Assembly (NCBI GenBank): GCA_902516285.1
Contig: CABXXT010000001.1
Coordinates: 35,655 to 99,654 of the forward strand
From: an uncultured SAR86 cluster bacterium
GTDB taxonomy: Bacteria; Pseudomonadota; Gammaproteobacteria; Magnimaribacterales; D2472
Length of the DNA: 64,000 nucleotides
Direction of reading: 5' to 3'
Below are positions 1 to 8,764 of the stretch, piece after piece (positions within the stretch are counted from its first letter, which is position 1; each line of letters starts with the position of its first letter). A program made the translations under genes and the position numbers. The notes beneath the pieces were generated by a model. It was not told where the DNA came from, did not search any database, and was given only the letters and a program-made list of their open reading frames with translations.

Positions 1-153
1 ACAGTAAAAGGCTCAGATTTAAACTTGGTAGATAAAGAATCTTATTCGAGAGGCCAACAAGCTATTGATTATGTTAATAGAGTAAAAGAGTACTACTTAC
101 TGATGAGCGCTCATGATTGTGTAGCTCCTAAAGATCAATTAATTTTCTTTTAA
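1..153 (+). CDS. 3' end (last 50 codons) of an unidentified CDS truncated by the window edge
   Basis: Frame +1 is open from base 1 to TAA at 151-153 (...[25 protein letters not shown]). My rough estimate is that 50 stop-free codons have a few-percent chance in DNA this AT-rich. It is absent from the ORF track (no start, short). It would overlap the uvrB 3' end by 26 nt, like other convergent pairs here. No family recognised. Confidence 0.4.
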   Translation, partial: TVKGSDLNLVDKESYSRGQQAIDYVNRVKEYYLLMSAHDCVAPKDQLIFF

Positions 154-2137
154 GAGAATTAATTTTATCTCTGCATAAAGCAGCTTTTTCAAATTCCATT
201 TTTTTAGCTAAAGCAAACATTTCGTCTTCTAGTTTGCTAAGAGTTATGTTTAGATTATCAATTGTGTCATCCTGAATTTTGAATGGAATAATTTTTTCTA
301 TGTCCTCTTTTTTCTTCTTTGTATTTCCCTTAATTACTCTTGCTCCCTCCATAATATCTTTAACTTTGGTTGAGATAGATTTAGGACTTATATTATGTTT
401 TTTATTAAATTTTTCTTGTATTGATCTTCTTCTGTCGGTCTCGTCAATGGCTCTCTGCATGGATCCTGTAATTTTATCTGCATAAAGTATTGCTCTTCCT
501 CTTAGGTTTCTTGCAGCTCTTCCTATAGTTTGTATTAAAGTAGTATCTGATCTTAAGAATCCTTCTTTATCAGCATCTAAAACTGCTACCAAGCTTACCT
601 CTGGTATATCTAATCCCTCTCTCAAAAGATTTATACCTACTAAAACATCAAATTTCCCAAGTCTTAAATCTCTAATAATTTCTACTCTTTCAACAGTATC
701 GATATCTGAGTGCATATATCTAGCTGAAATATTATTTTCATTGAGATAGTCTGTTAAATCCTCCGCCATTCTTTTAGTTAATGTTGTAATCAGTACCCTT
801 TCCTTCATGGCTACTCTTTCATTGCATTCACCAATTACATCATCAATTTGATTTGAGGCTGGTCTTATTTCAACGTCTGGATCAGTTAAGCCAGTAGGCC
901 TAATAATTAACTCAACAAGATTATCTTGATGTTCTTTTTCATATCGACTCGGGGTAGCAGAAACATAAATTCTTTGTGGAGCTAACATCTCCCATTCCTC
1001 AAATTTTAATGGTCTATTATCTAGTGCTGAAGGTAATCTAAAACCATATTCAACGAGAGTTTCTTTTCTAGATCTATCTCCTTTATACATAGCACCAATT
1101 TGTGGTACTGATACGTGAGACTCGTCTATAAAAACAACAGCATCTTTGGGTATATAGTCGAAAAGACATGGTGGTGATTCTCCTGGATTTCTCCCACTGA
1201 GATATCTTGAATAGTTCTCTATGCCTTGACAATAACCGAGCTCTCGCATCATTTCTATGTCATAAGTTGTTCTTTCCTGAAGACGTTGAGCCTCAACAAG
1301 TTTATTATTATCTTTTAAAAACTCTAGGCGCGATTTAAGCTCATCCTTTATATCTGGAATGCAATTGGTAACAGTTTCTTTTGGAGTAACATAATGCGTC
1401 TTTGGAAATATGGTTGCCCTTGGTATTTCATTTATAAGAACACCAGTCAGAGGATCAAACCAAGATAATTTTTCTATTTCATCCCCAAAAAATTCTATCC
1501 TTAGAGCTTCTTTATCAGAATCTGCTGGATACACATCAACTGTATCACCCCTTACTCTAAATGTTGCTCTTCTAAAATCTAAATCATTACGAGTATATTG
1601 AAGTGCAGAAAGCCTAAGAACTAAATCTCTTTGAGAAATAGTATCGCCTCTATCTAAATGAACAACCATCTTCAGATATGATTCAGGAGCACCTAGGCCG
1701 TATATAGAGGAGACAGTTGCAACTACAATAGTATCTTTACGTTCTATCAAAGCTTTGGTTGCCGATAATCGCATCTGCTCAATATGCTCATTTATTGATG
1801 CATCTTTAGCAATATAAGTATCTGAAGTTGGAACATATGCTTCAGGTTGATAATAATCATAATAAGAAACAAAATATTCAACTGAGTTGTTGGGGAAGAA
1901 ATCTCTAAACTCTCCATATAATTGTGCTGCAAGAGTTTTATTGTGCGCCATTACAATTGCTGGTCTTTGCGTTTGCTCAATAACCTTTGCCATTGTGTAT
2001 GTTTTTCCAGAACCGGTAACACCTAAAAGAGTTTGATGCAGTAAACCATCTTGCAAACCTGCAACTAAATTATTAATAGCTTCTGGCTGCGATCCGGCTG
2101 GTTCAAAGTCCGAAACTACCTTTAATGTTTTTGTCAT
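128..2137 (-). CDS. uvrB: excinuclease ABC subunit B (UvrB)
   Basis: 669 aa, full-length and collinear with UvrB. Walker [13 protein letters not shown] box ([11 protein letters not shown]), helicase C motifs and a C-terminal UVR coiled-coil (...[15 protein letters not shown]). Confidence 0.97.
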   Translation of the reverse strand: MTKTLKVVSDFEPAGSQPEAINNLVAGLQDGLLHQTLLGVTGSGKTYTMAKVIEQTQRPAIVMAHNKTLAAQLYGEFRDFFPNNSVEYFVSYYDYYQPEAYVPTSDTYIAKDASINEHIEQMRLSATKALIERKDTIVVATVSSIYGLGAPESYLKMVVHLDRGDTISQRDLVLRLSALQYTRNDLDFRRATFRVRGDTVDVYPADSDKEALRIEFFGDEIEKLSWFDPLTGVLINEIPRATIFPKTHYVTPKETVTNCIPDIKDELKSRLEFLKDNNKLVEAQRLQERTTYDIEMMRELGYCQGIENYSRYLSGRNPGESPPCLFDYIPKDAVVFIDESHVSVPQIGAMYKGDRSRKETLVEYGFRLPSALDNRPLKFEEWEMLAPQRIYVSATPSRYEKEHQDNLVELIIRPTGLTDPDVEIRPASNQIDDVIGECNERVAMKERVLITTLTKRMAEDLTDYLNENNISARYMHSDIDTVERVEIIRDLRLGKFDVLVGINLLREGLDIPEVSLVAVLDADKEGFLRSDTTLIQTIGRAARNLRGRAILYADKITGSMQRAIDETDRRRSIQEKFNKKHNISPKSISTKVKDIMEGARVIKGNTKKKKEDIEKIIPFKIQDDTIDNLNITLSKLEDEMFALAKKMEFEKAALCRDKINSLKRKLIDL

Positions 2138-2166
2138 TTACTTATATATAAAAAATTACTTATAAT
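2138..2166 (+). promoter_or_regulatory. candidate sigma70 promoter for tRNA-Asn (TTACTT-17 nt-TATAAT)
   Basis: Perfect TATAAT at 2161-2166, 17 nt upstream of the mature tRNA 5' end. A weak -35-like TTACTT lies 17 nt upstream of it. AT-rich context makes chance hexamers common. Confidence 0.3.
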
Positions 2167-2182
2167 GCTCTGCTATTAGCGT

Positions 2183-2257
2183 TCCTCAGTAGCTCAGCGG
2201 TAGAGCAGTTGACTGTTAATCAATTGGTCGTTGGTTCGATCCCAACCTGAGGAGCCA
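2183..2257 (+). tRNA. tRNA-Asn (anticodon GTT), CCA encoded
   Basis: I folded the 75-nt cloverleaf by hand. Acceptor TCCTCAG/CTGAGGA, D stem GCTC/GAGC, anticodon stem GTTGA/TCAAT with loop CTGTTAA (GTT), T stem GTTGG/CCAAC with TTCGATC loop, discriminator G plus CCA. Confidence 0.95.
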
Positions 2258-2286
2258 ATTTTTACATCTTTTAAAAAAAAATTCAT

Positions 2287-2703
2287 TCAAGCATTTAATA
2301 AAAAGAATTTTTTTATTAAATTGTATAGATTATCCCTTACTTTAGTAAAGACAATTTTTGATTGTTCATCTGAAAGATTTTTGTTTGCAGGATCTTCATT
2401 CATCCAATGTATTTTTTTCACATTATTATTCAAAACTGGGCATATTTCCTCAGAACATAATGTAATAGCAATATCAAGGTTATCAATAAATTCCTTATCA
2501 ATATCGTCAATGGATTTTGTAAAATGTTCTCTTATGTCTATACCAACTTGATCCATAGCCCATATAGCATTTGGATGAACCAAGTTTGATGGTTGCGAGC
2601 CTGCGCTTTTAATAACAAATTTTGATCCTAAAATTTCTCTGGCTAATCCTTCAGCCATCTGACTCCTCGCAGAATTTCCAACACATAAGAATAATATATT
2701 CAT
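2287..2703 (-). CDS. arsC: arsenate reductase, thioredoxin-coupled LMW-PTP family (ArsC-like)
   Basis: 138 aa. N-terminal CX5R P-loop (LCVGNSARSQMAEG) plus a second Cys pair (ITLCSEEICP) positioned like Cys82/Cys89 of Bacillus/Staphylococcus ArsC. It could alternatively act as a protein-tyrosine phosphatase. Confidence 0.7.
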   Translation of the reverse strand: MNILFLCVGNSARSQMAEGLAREILGSKFVIKSAGSQPSNLVHPNAIWAMDQVGIDIREHFTKSIDDIDKEFIDNLDIAITLCSEEICPVLNNNVKKIHWMNEDPANKNLSDEQSKIVFTKVRDNLYNLIKKFFLLNA

Positions 2704-2766
2704 AAAACTTAATTGTAGATTTCAAAATATAAGGTTATCTTATATTTAATAACAGATATTGATAAG

Positions 2767-3885
2767 GTGTTAAATAAAGTAAGTTTTAAACAAATGCTTG
2801 GCGGTCTTGATGGAAATCTTGGTATAGATGATTATTCGGAACCGTTAAATATATTAGTAGACTCAATTAATAACAATAACAAACTTAATCCTCTAAGTTC
2901 TATTGCTTTTAAGAATCAGCTTAAAGATAGATTCTTAGTTAGGCAAAAATTGCATAAGTTTATAAGTCATAAAAATTTTCCTGATCCCGCTGCTCCAATT
3001 TTTGTAATTGGATTGCCAAGATCTGGCACAACTTTTCTTTTCAATCTCCTTTCACTCGATAACAATCATAGATCTCCTTTATATTGGGAAATAATGAATC
3101 CCCTTCCACTTGTAAAAAATAATAAGCAAGAGGTTTGGCGAAAAAGAAAGATCAATCTAGAGCTTAAGTTTGCAAGAGTAATTATTCCAAAACTAAAAAA
3201 CATGCATCACATTAGAGCTGAAACACCAGAAGAGTGTGAACTTATTGCAACTATGAATGTAAGAAGTTTTGTTTACATATGTATGGCTAATATTCCTGAA
3301 TATGTTGAGTATCTTAAAAACTGCAGTTTCACTTCTGTATTCGAATGGCATAAAAAGTTCTTTCAAATGCTTGAATGTTCTGGAAGACCCAATAGATGGC
3401 TTTTGAAAGATCCAAGCCATATTGGACATATTCCAGAAATAATAACTACATACCCAAATGCAAAGTTCATCAATATTCACAGAAGTCCAATTGAATCTAT
3501 AGGATCTTTCTGTAGCCTAACGAAAAATATAAGATCAACTTTTAGCAAGTATGTAGAATCTGAAAGCATTGGTGAGACTGTATTAGATTTTTGGCAACAT
3601 AGTTTAAATAAAGGTATTGAAGATCGCAAAGTACTTCCAGATAATCAAATAGCAGATATAGCTTATTCAGAGTTTATAAATAGTCCTATTAATTCAGTTA
3701 AAAATGTTTATGAGAAATTAGGTCTTGATCTTAATATTGAAACAGAAAATAAAATGAGAGATTATCTTATTAGTCAAAAAAGTATAAAAAAAGAAAAGCA
3801 TACATACTCACTTGAAGAGTTTAATTTATCTGAAGAAAAAGTAAGCAAACATTTTCAGAACTACGTGTTGAACTATAAGTTTTAA
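2767..3885 (+). CDS. sulfotransferase family protein (PAPS-dependent)
   Basis: 372 aa. 5'-PSB loop GLPRSGTTFLFNLL and later R/S-containing 3'-PB-like region. GTG start at 2767 (the alternative ATG is 9 codons in). Acceptor substrate unknown. Confidence 0.75.
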   Translation: MLNKVSFKQMLGGLDGNLGIDDYSEPLNILVDSINNNNKLNPLSSIAFKNQLKDRFLVRQKLHKFISHKNFPDPAAPIFVIGLPRSGTTFLFNLLSLDNNHRSPLYWEIMNPLPLVKNNKQEVWRKRKINLELKFARVIIPKLKNMHHIRAETPEECELIATMNVRSFVYICMANIPEYVEYLKNCSFTSVFEWHKKFFQMLECSGRPNRWLLKDPSHIGHIPEIITTYPNAKFINIHRSPIESIGSFCSLTKNIRSTFSKYVESESIGETVLDFWQHSLNKGIEDRKVLPDNQIADIAYSEFINSPINSVKNVYEKLGLDLNIETENKMRDYLISQKSIKKEKHTYSLEEFNLSEEKVSKHFQNYVLNYKF

Positions 3886-3918
3886 TGATAAGATTTCTAT
3901 ACATTAAGAGAAATATTT

Positions 3919-4539
3919 TTGAGAAACTTTAAATCCACAATTTTTATTACTTTTTCACTTGCTTTGATCTTTATGGTAACGTCATGTGCAGATAAAACAG
4001 ATAATATAAAGATTGAAAAAAAAATGGAGAAAACTATGACTAACGCAACTATTAAAACAAACTTAGGTGATATCCAACTAGAACTCAATGAGGAAAAAGC
4101 ACCTATAACAGTTGAAAATTTTAAGAAAATTGCAGAATCTGGATATTATGAAGGAACAATTTTCCATAGAGTTATAAATGGATTTATGGTTCAAGGAGGA
4201 GGATTGACTGCTGATATGAGTAATAAATCTAGCGGTACAAGTCCTATTCAAAATGAAGCAAATAATGGTCTTACAAACGATCGGGGAACGATTGCAATGG
4301 CCCGAACAATGGATCCTCACTCTGCAACTAGTCAATTTTTTATAAATCATAAGGATAATGCATTCCTCAATCATACTGGAGAAAATCCTCAAGGATGGGG
4401 TTATGCAGTTTTTGGGATTGTGACTGAAGGTATGGATATTGTTGATCAAATTGCAGACGTTGCAACTGGTTCATCTGGAGCTTATCAAGATGTCCCGGAA
4501 GAAGTTATAACAATTGAGTCTGTTACACTTAGTGAATGA
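3919..4539 (+). CDS. cyclophilin-type peptidyl-prolyl cis-trans isomerase, probable lipoprotein
   Basis: 206 aa. Cyclophilin core ([14 protein letters not shown]...[17 protein letters not shown]). N-terminal signal with lipobox-like ...IFMVTSC. TTG start. The ppi-lpxH adjacency is as in E. coli. Confidence 0.88.
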   Translation: MRNFKSTIFITFSLALIFMVTSCADKTDNIKIEKKMEKTMTNATIKTNLGDIQLELNEEKAPITVENFKKIAESGYYEGTIFHRVINGFMVQGGGLTADMSNKSSGTSPIQNEANNGLTNDRGTIAMARTMDPHSATSQFFINHKDNAFLNHTGENPQGWGYAVFGIVTEGMDIVDQIADVATGSSGAYQDVPEEVITIESVTLSE

Positions 4540-5252
4540 AGCCACGCTTTATATCTGATATACATCTAAGCAAAGATAACCCTCACCTCACCAGTGCATT
4601 CAAAACATTCTTAAATGAATCTAAAGAGACCTGTACTCATTTATTCATATTAGGAGACTTGTTTGAAATTTGGATCGGCGATGATGATGATAGTTCTTTC
4701 CATCAAGAAATAAAAAAAGCTCTTATTGAATTTACTACAAGTGGTCCTGAAGCATTTCTTATGCATGGGAATAGAGATTTTTTAATAGGTGAAGGTTTTG
4801 CAAATGAAGTTGGTATTTCTATACTTCCTGACCCATATACCATAGATATTAATGGCTTAAAGACAATCCTTAGTCATGGAGATTTCTTATGCACTGACGA
4901 TAATGACTATATAGATTTTAGGAACAAAGTTAGATCTAAAGAGTGGCAAAAAGATTTCTTATCCAAAAGCATTAATGAAAGGAATGAAATTGCAAATTCA
5001 TTAAGATCGGAAAGTAAAAATGCTACTTCTAGAAAATCTCTTGATATCACAGATGTTAATATTGAATCTGTAAATAACTTTCTAGAAGAAAATGAACCAG
5101 ATTTGTTTATTCATGGTCACACTCACAGACCGCAGGTGCACAACAGCGATTTATCTAAAAGAATAGTGCTTGGAGACTGGAATTCTCATGGATGGTATTT
5201 ATCAATTGATGGTATTAATCATTCCCTAGAAAAGTTTGTTATATCCAAATAA
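4536..5252 (+). CDS. lpxH: UDP-2,3-diacylglucosamine diphosphatase (LpxH)
   Basis: 238 aa. Calcineurin-like metallophosphoesterase motifs in LpxH order: [33 protein letters not shown] overlap with the upstream ppi gene. Confidence 0.9.
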   Translation: MKPRFISDIHLSKDNPHLTSAFKTFLNESKETCTHLFILGDLFEIWIGDDDDSSFHQEIKKALIEFTTSGPEAFLMHGNRDFLIGEGFANEVGISILPDPYTIDINGLKTILSHGDFLCTDDNDYIDFRNKVRSKEWQKDFLSKSINERNEIANSLRSESKNATSRKSLDITDVNIESVNNFLEENEPDLFIHGHTHRPQVHNSDLSKRIVLGDWNSHGWYLSIDGINHSLEKFVISK

Positions 5253-5288
5253 TCAAGCTTATTAAACCTATTGTCTAAAACAAATTTA

Positions 5289-5308
5289 TACTGTATATTT
5301 ATACAGTA
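5289..5308. promoter_or_regulatory. LexA (SOS) box upstream of umuDC
   Basis: TACTGTATATTTATACAGTA is a perfect CTGT-N8-ACAG palindrome matching the gammaproteobacterial consensus TACTG(TA)5CAGTA. It ends 15 nt before the umuD ATG. Confidence 0.88.
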
Positions 5309-5323
5309 TTTAAAAAAATCCTT

Positions 5324-5752
5324 ATGAAAGTAAATTACATCGGAAAAATTTCTGAAGAAAATCTGCCGGCAATATTTGTGCCATATTTTCTTGAATCAGT
5401 TCATGCTGGATTCCCTAGTCCAGCAAGTGACTATATTGAGAGCCCCATAGATTTAAATAAGCACCTAATAAAAAATGGTGCTGCAACATTTCTGGTTAGA
5501 GCTCAAGGACAGTCTATGGTTGGATCTGGTATAACTGATCAGGCAGTCCTTATAGTAGATAGGAGTATAAAACCTTCTCACAATAGTATTATCGTTGCTG
5601 CTATTGATGGAGAATTTGTTTGTAAGAGATTAAAGTTAAAGCCAAGAATGTGTTTAATGCCAGATAATCCAGAATACCCTCCCATTTTTATTAATCATGG
5701 TCAAGAATTAGAAATAGTTGGTACTGTTACTGCAGCAATCAACAAATTTTAA
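5324..5752 (+). CDS. umuD: translesion DNA polymerase V accessory subunit UmuD (S24 LexA-like peptidase)
   Basis: 142 aa. Ala-Gly self-cleavage site (VHAGFPSPA), Ser (GQSM) and Lys (VCKRL) dyad. Directly followed by umuC. Confidence 0.9.
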   Translation: MKVNYIGKISEENLPAIFVPYFLESVHAGFPSPASDYIESPIDLNKHLIKNGAATFLVRAQGQSMVGSGITDQAVLIVDRSIKPSHNSIIVAAIDGEFVCKRLKLKPRMCLMPDNPEYPPIFINHGQELEIVGTVTAAINKF

Positions 5753-7015
5753 ATGGCTATAGCTCTTGTAGACTGCGAAAGTTTTTATGCCTCCTGTGAA
5801 AGAGTATTTCGTCCGGACTTAAAAAATATACCTATCGTTGTGCTTTCTAATAATGATGGTTGTGTCATTGCGAGAAGTACCGAAGCAAAAAAAATGGGCA
5901 TTGCGATGGGAGTTCCCTGGTTTAAAGTAAAGGATTCTTTTTTAAAGCAAAAAGGTAAAGTATTTTCATCTAACTTTACATTTTACGGGGATATGTCTGC
6001 CAGGGTTATGAACATCTTAGAAGGATTTGTACCTAAGGTGGAAATTTATAGTATTGATGAAGCATTTCTAGATTTAGATACTCTGAGACAAAACTATAAT
6101 CTGTATGATTTTAGTTGTCATATGAGAATCCTTGTAAAGCAATGGACAGGAATTCCAGTAAGAATAGGTATAGCGCCTACCAAAACACTGAGTAAAATTG
6201 CAATTAATGAAATTAAAAGAATAAATGTACCAACATATGTTTTACAGTTGTCTAATAAAGATCAAATCAGATATGCTCTTGCAAATACACCTGTACATAA
6301 AGTATGGGGAGTTGGTAGAAAATTAAATGAGCACCTGAATAAAGCAAAAATTAATACAGCTCTAGATCTTGCAGAAGTGAGTCCTCAAAATATTAGAAGA
6401 AAGTTTAGTGTAGTACTAGAAAGGACGGTAAGAGAGCTCCGGGGAGAAAGGTGCCTTAGTATAGAAGATGATGTCTCATCAAAAAAACAAATTGTGGTAA
6501 GTAGAAGTTTTGGTGAAAGAGTTTCTAATCTTGAGACTTTAAAACCAATCGTGAGTAACTTTGCAGTAAGAGCTTCAGAAAAATTGAGAAAAGAAAAACA
6601 GAAGTGTTCTAAAGTATCAGTGTTTGTAAGAACCAGTCCTTTTAATAAAAATAAGCCGCAACATTCAGATTTAAAAACAATCAGTTTATTAACTCCTACA
6701 AATGATACTAGGGATATTCTAACCGCAGCAAAAAAAGCATTGGTACCAATCTTTAGGTCTGGATATGATTATGCAAAAGCTGGAATACTATTAAGTAAAT
6801 TTTCGAATGAGGATTCTAAGCAATTTTCATTATTCAAAGACCCAAATGAACCAAAAGAAAATACAGAATTTATGAAATACATTGACTATATGAACGCCTT
6901 TGAGACTCAAATATATTTTGCTTCACAAAATACAAAAAAGTGGTCTCCTATGAAGCAAAATATGACATCTCCCAAATATACAACAAACTGGTATGAGTTA
7001 CCTAAAGTAAATTAA
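5753..7015 (+). CDS. umuC: DNA polymerase V catalytic subunit UmuC (Y-family)
   Basis: 420 aa. Y-family N-terminus (ALVDCESFYASCE...SNNDGCVIARS), SIDEAFLD catalytic motif, little-finger region. The start codon abuts the umuD stop. Confidence 0.93.
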   Translation: MAIALVDCESFYASCERVFRPDLKNIPIVVLSNNDGCVIARSTEAKKMGIAMGVPWFKVKDSFLKQKGKVFSSNFTFYGDMSARVMNILEGFVPKVEIYSIDEAFLDLDTLRQNYNLYDFSCHMRILVKQWTGIPVRIGIAPTKTLSKIAINEIKRINVPTYVLQLSNKDQIRYALANTPVHKVWGVGRKLNEHLNKAKINTALDLAEVSPQNIRRKFSVVLERTVRELRGERCLSIEDDVSSKKQIVVSRSFGERVSNLETLKPIVSNFAVRASEKLRKEKQKCSKVSVFVRTSPFNKNKPQHSDLKTISLLTPTNDTRDILTAAKKALVPIFRSGYDYAKAGILLSKFSNEDSKQFSLFKDPNEPKENTEFMKYIDYMNAFETQIYFASQNTKKWSPMKQNMTSPKYTTNWYELPKVN

Positions 7016-7386
7016 ATTAAATCTAGTGCGAAATTCTTTAAAGTATCTATATCTATAACATTTAAGGCTTTTTTATTAGTTTTTCTTAGATATATTTTAG
7101 GCGCAAACCCGCATTCGAATGCCTCTTTCCATCTTTCAGCACATAAACACCAAGAATCACCCTCTTTGAGGCCTGGAAAGTTAAATTCTGGTCGAGGTGT
7201 ACTTAAATCATTACCTTTACTCTTTGAAAAACTTAGAAAGTCTTCAGTCATTTTCGCACAAACAACATGAAGACCTCTATCAAGTTCATCAGTTCGACAA
7301 AAGCCATCTCTGTAAAAACCAGTAATAGGATTTGAACAACATTCCTCTATGGAATCTCCATAAACATTAATCTGTTGAATCTTCAT
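7012..7386 (-). CDS. DUF2237 family protein
   Basis: 124 aa. The pattern PITGFYRDGFCRT...DRGLHVVCAKMT..FL.FS...GNDLSTP...FPGLKEGDSWCLCAERW matches my memory of DUF2237. Function unknown. Confidence 0.7.
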   Translation of the reverse strand: MKIQQINVYGDSIEECCSNPITGFYRDGFCRTDELDRGLHVVCAKMTEDFLSFSKSKGNDLSTPRPEFNFPGLKEGDSWCLCAERWKEAFECGFAPKIYLRKTNKKALNVIDIDTLKNFALDLI

Positions 7387-7564
7387 TTAACTCCTTTTTA
7401 TATTTTTCGTAATCTTCCCAGTCATGAGGAGTTCCAACATTTTGAATTCCATTTTTAGCTCTAAACAAACTTTTTGTTCTAAGCTTTGTCATATCTTCTT
7501 CTTTACCAAAAATTTTATTCCAACCATCTTTGAATAATTTTGAAATATTTTTTTTATCAGACAT
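7367..7564 (-). CDS. hypothetical small Lys/Glu-rich protein (65 aa)
   Basis: ORF only. Co-directional and tightly packed with its neighbours (8-nt gap upstream, 20-nt overlap with the DUF2237 start). No motif recognised. Confidence 0.4.
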   Translation of the reverse strand: MSDKKNISKLFKDGWNKIFGKEEDMTKLRTKSLFRAKNGIQNVGTPHDWEDYEKYKKELNEDSTD

Positions 7565-7572
7565 CGTATTTA

Positions 7573-7806
7573 TTACTTAAACTCACAGGTCATTTTTGCA
7601 ACAACTTCTCCTTCAACTGCTAAATTTAATTTAGCTCTTCCTTCCATTGTTCCAGTGACAGTACATTGCTCAATACTTTCTTCAACAATCATTCTAACAA
7701 TCTGTTTTAATTCAGATACTGATAATTCACTTACTGTTCTCTCAGGCTCATCATTTGCAAAAAATAGTCCAGAAAAAAACATACAAATCAATAATACAAA
7801 TTTCAT
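7573..7806 (-). CDS. hypothetical small secreted protein (77 aa)
   Basis: Clear N-terminal signal peptide (MKFVLLICMFFSGLFFA/NDE) and two Cys in the mature part. First gene of a 3-gene minus-strand unit. Confidence 0.5.
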   Translation of the reverse strand: MKFVLLICMFFSGLFFANDEPERTVSELSVSELKQIVRMIVEESIEQCTVTGTMEGRAKLNLAVEGEVVAKMTCEFK

Positions 7807-7883
7807 TTTTTAACCTCGCAGAATATATATATTTTATTAATTTTTATTATATTAATTTAAATAATTATTGGTATTATATTTTT

Positions 7884-8204
7884 ATGAAAGAATGCAAAGT
7901 CTTATTTAATGAAAAATGTTCAATATGTAATTTTGAAGTTAAACATTATAAAAAAAGATCAAATTTAAATTTTGTTGACTGCAGTTCAATGGAAGACAAA
8001 TACCTAAAAAAACTACATGTTATATTTGATGATGGTTCAGAGTTATCTGGAGTTGATGCGTTTATTCTAGTTTGGAAAAACACAAAAGGCTATGGTTGGC
8101 TAGCTAATATTGTACAGGCTAAAGGAATATATCATTTAGCTAAAATTGCTTATTTCTTTTTAGCATATCTTTTATTTTGGAGATATAAATATTTTGTTAA
8201 ATGA
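7884..8204 (+). CDS. DCC-family thiol-disulfide oxidoreductase (DUF393)
   Basis: From ATG 7884: KVLFNEKCSICNFEVKHYKK...FVD...DGSELSGVDAFILVW... fits the DUF393/DCC CxxC pattern. The 43 codons upstream in the ORF-track call (7755-7883) are low-complexity, overlap the neighbouring gene, and I take them to be non-coding. Confidence 0.65.
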   Translation: MKECKVLFNEKCSICNFEVKHYKKRSNLNFVDCSSMEDKYLKKLHVIFDDGSELSGVDAFILVWKNTKGYGWLANIVQAKGIYHLAKIAYFFLAYLLFWRYKYFVK

Positions 8205-8206
8205 GA

Positions 8207-8229
8207 ATGATAATCAAAACAATTATCAT
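8207..8229. promoter_or_regulatory. Fur-box-like palindrome upstream of the ferritin-like gene
   Basis: ATGATAAT-caaaaca-ATTATCAT is a perfect 8-bp inverted repeat. GAGAATGATAATCAAAACA (8203-8221) matches 14/19 of the E. coli Fur consensus GATAATGATAATCATTATC by my count. It sits 95 nt upstream of ATG 8324. Confidence 0.4.
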
Positions 8230-8323
8230 TAAATAAATACCTTAAATCAGTAGTTTACAATAATATTGAATATACTATAATTTCTTTATATTTACCATTA
8301 CTTAATAAAAAGGAGTGTATATT

Positions 8324-8764
8324 ATGGAAGAACAAACCATTGATAATAACGAAGTATGCGGAATCCTGAATGAGGTTATGGAATATGAATTAGCTGGTGT
8401 TGTTAGATACACTCATTCTTCAATGATGGTTACAGGTCCCTATAGAATTCCAATTGTTGCCTTTCTAAAAGAACAAGCAGCTGAGTCCCTTCTTCATGCA
8501 CAGCAAGCAGGTGAAATGATTGCTGGTCTAGATGGTCATCCAAGTCAAAGGATAGCTAAGATTGAAGAAACAAATCGTCATTCTATAAAAGATATTTTGG
8601 AAGAAAGTCTAAGTCATGAACTTCATGCCCTAAGCTTATATAAAAAATTATTAACTTGTGTTGAAAATAAATCTGTTTATTTGGAAGAGTATGCAAGAGC
8701 TCAAATTGGTGAAGAGGAACAACATTCTCTTGAGCTTAAAATAATGTTAAAAGATTTTAGTTAG
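8324..8764 (+). CDS. ferritin-like di-iron protein (bacterioferritin family)
   Basis: 146 aa from ATG 8324, preceded by AGGAG. Four-helix ferritin-like layout with Glu/His ligand patterns (...EYELAG..., ...AESLLHA..., ...SHELHA..., ...GEEEQHSLEL...), collinear with Bfr by eye. Confidence 0.7.
   Translation: MEEQTIDNNEVCGILNEVMEYELAGVVRYTHSSMMVTGPYRIPIVAFLKEQAAESLLHAQQAGEMIAGLDGHPSQRIAKIEETNRHSIKDILEESLSHELHALSLYKKLLTCVENKSVYLEEYARAQIGEEEQHSLELKIMLKDFS

Noticed and set aside
279-1601. ORF-track entries 279..485(+) and 1410..1601(+) antisense to uvrB
   Set aside because: Both lie entirely inside, and opposite to, a full-length well-supported uvrB. Low-complexity translations with no motifs; shadow ORFs.
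2138-2182. Searched for a LexA box upstream of uvrB
   Set aside because: No CTG-N10-CAG element is present in the 45-bp spacer, so none is annotated.
2296-2318. A/T-only inverted repeat (aataaaaa-gaa-tttttatt) downstream of tRNA-Asn as a possible terminator
   Set aside because: The stem is pure A:T and very weak. It lies inside the arsC-like coding region and is expected by chance at this composition.
2231-2551. 106-aa ORF (+) starting inside tRNA-Asn and running antisense through the arsC-like gene
   Set aside because: It begins within the tRNA and is antisense to a CDS with a clear CX5R motif, so it is an artefact.
3193-4449. Antisense ORFs 3193..3480(-), 3897..4088(-) and 4078..4449(-)
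   Set aside because: They are opposite the sulfotransferase and cyclophilin genes, which have convincing motifs. No features of their own.
7755-7883. 43-codon extension of the DCC-family ORF across the divergent spacer
   Set aside because: It overlaps the start of the oppositely oriented 77-aa gene and translates to Tyr/Asn/Ile-rich junk. The DUF393 pattern starts at ATG 7884.
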